From an uncultured Nitrospiraceae bacterium (GTDB taxonomy: Bacteria; Nitrospirota; Nitrospiria; Nitrospirales; Nitrospiraceae): a stretch of DNA of 64,000 nt. The position numbers and the translations under genes were made by a program. The notes beneath the pieces were generated by a model. The model ran no database searches and was not told the origin of the DNA. It worked only from the letters and a program-made list of their open reading frames with translations. Of the stretch, positions 62,957-64,000 are shown piece by piece. The first letter of the stretch is position 1, and every line of letters starts with the position of its first letter. Where the stretch lies: contig CAWJWJ010000002.1 in assembly GCA_963846575.1 (NCBI GenBank), positions 3,410 through 67,409 on the forward strand, read 5' to 3'.

Positions 62957-63949
62957 ATGGCTGAACTGAGCGGGCTGTTGTTGATCGTAGTCATTCTGGC
63001 ACTGCTCTTTGATTTTTCCAACGGATGGCATGACAGTGCCAATGCCATCGCGACCGTGGTTTCGACGAGAGTGGTGAGTCCGAGTATCGCGGTCTTGGTG
63101 GCAGGGGTGCTCAATGTGGCCGGTGCCTTCATGTCGACGGCAGTCGCCAAGATGGTCGGAACCGGGATTGTCGATCCCCAATCGGTCACTCAAGTGGTGG
63201 TGGCGTCGGCCTTGGCCGGCGCAATCATATGGAATTTCTTTACCTTGATGTTGGGCCTTCCCACGAGTTCCTCCCACGCGCTCATCGGAGGGCTGGTAGG
63301 CGCCGCGCTAACCCATGGCGGGACGGAGGCCGTGAAATTTTCCGGACTGCGATCCGTCCTGGAGGCAATGGTCTTGTCTCCGTTTTTCGGCTTCGCCATC
63401 GGGCTCCTCCTGATGATCGCCTTGAGTTGGATGTTTTTCCGCGTGCCGCGTGCGCTCGCGCTCCGGCTGTTCTCTCGATTGCAATTGGTCTCGGCGAGTT
63501 TTATGGCCTTCAGCCATGGGGCAAACGATGCTCAGAAAGCCATGGGCATCATCACGCTGGCGCTCGTGTCGGCTGGGGTCCTTCCAACGGCGGAGGTCCC
63601 GACATGGGTGATCGGTTCCTGCGCCCTTGCGATGGGACTTGGCACGGCTGTGGGTGGCTGGCGAATTGTGCGGACGTTGGGTATGCGAATCGTCAAGCTG
63701 GAGCCGGTGCATGGGTTCGCGGCTGAGACCGGGGCTGCGGTCGTGTTATTGGCGACGGCCCATATCGGGCTGCCCGTCAGTACGACGCACACGATCACTT
63801 CGACGGTCATGGGCGTGGGAGCGGTCAAACGATTGTCAGCGGTACGATGGGGGGTGACGAAACGGATTCTGTCGGCCTGGCTCTTCACCCTGCCGGGGGC
63901 TGCGCTCCTCTCGACGCTCTGCTATCTGCTGCTATCACAGCTGTTGTAG
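62957..63949 (+). CDS. pit: Inorganic phosphate transporter, PiT family
   Basis: NGWHDSANAIAT, PTSSSHAL, HGANDAQK, PVSTTH signatures. Confidence 0.95.
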   Translation: MAELSGLLLIVVILALLFDFSNGWHDSANAIATVVSTRVVSPSIAVLVAGVLNVAGAFMSTAVAKMVGTGIVDPQSVTQVVVASALAGAIIWNFFTLMLGLPTSSSHALIGGLVGAALTHGGTEAVKFSGLRSVLEAMVLSPFFGFAIGLLLMIALSWMFFRVPRALALRLFSRLQLVSASFMAFSHGANDAQKAMGIITLALVSAGVLPTAEVPTWVIGSCALAMGLGTAVGGWRIVRTLGMRIVKLEPVHGFAAETGAAVVLLATAHIGLPVSTTHTITSTVMGVGAVKRLSAVRWGVTKRILSAWLFTLPGAALLSTLCYLLLSQLL

Positions 63950-64000
63950 CCGGTTCTGAGGTGCCGGCAGATGAACCACAAATCGACTGCCCCGCGGTAG

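Overview
A 64-kb bacterial chromosomal window with no rRNA, tRNA, CRISPR array, transposase or integrase that I could recognise. Gene content and order point to Nitrospira or a close Nitrospirota relative (inference). Left to right: (1) fatty-acid synthesis operon fabH-fabD-fabG-acpP-fabF-rnc plus a periplasmic cyclophilin; (2) an accessory signalling region (about 5.7-26.6 kb) with an orphan exopolysaccharide-type deacetylase, a FIST/NosP-like gene heading a two-kinase operon, and two more HPt-containing hybrid kinases, interleaved with folD-metF-panB, apaH and DUF309; (3) queF with a half-size MetV-like gene; (4) a roughly 21-kb reductive TCA cluster: five-subunit 2-oxoacid:ferredoxin oxidoreductase, aclBA, aconitase, monomeric IDH, anchor-less fumarate reductase AB and sucCD, with an Rsm22/METTL17-like gene, a small phosphatase and mutM inserted; (5) a B12 radical-SAM gene facing metK-ahcY; (6) a System II cytochrome c maturation operon, a geranylgeranyl-reductase-family gene, bamD, a second fabH, DUF47 and pit. 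Best candidate for an undescribed system: all three sensor-kinase transcription units carry the same sigma28/FliA-like motif, T(A/T)(A/T)AG-N15-(G/T)CCGATA. Their inputs include several putative heme/gas sensors (FIST, two FixL-like PAS domains, a His-rich membrane domain), suggesting a motility-linked NO/O2 phosphorelay whose only local terminal receiver is itself fused to a kinase. All family assignments come from motif reading without database searches. Several start codons were moved from the ORF track on RBS and homology grounds.
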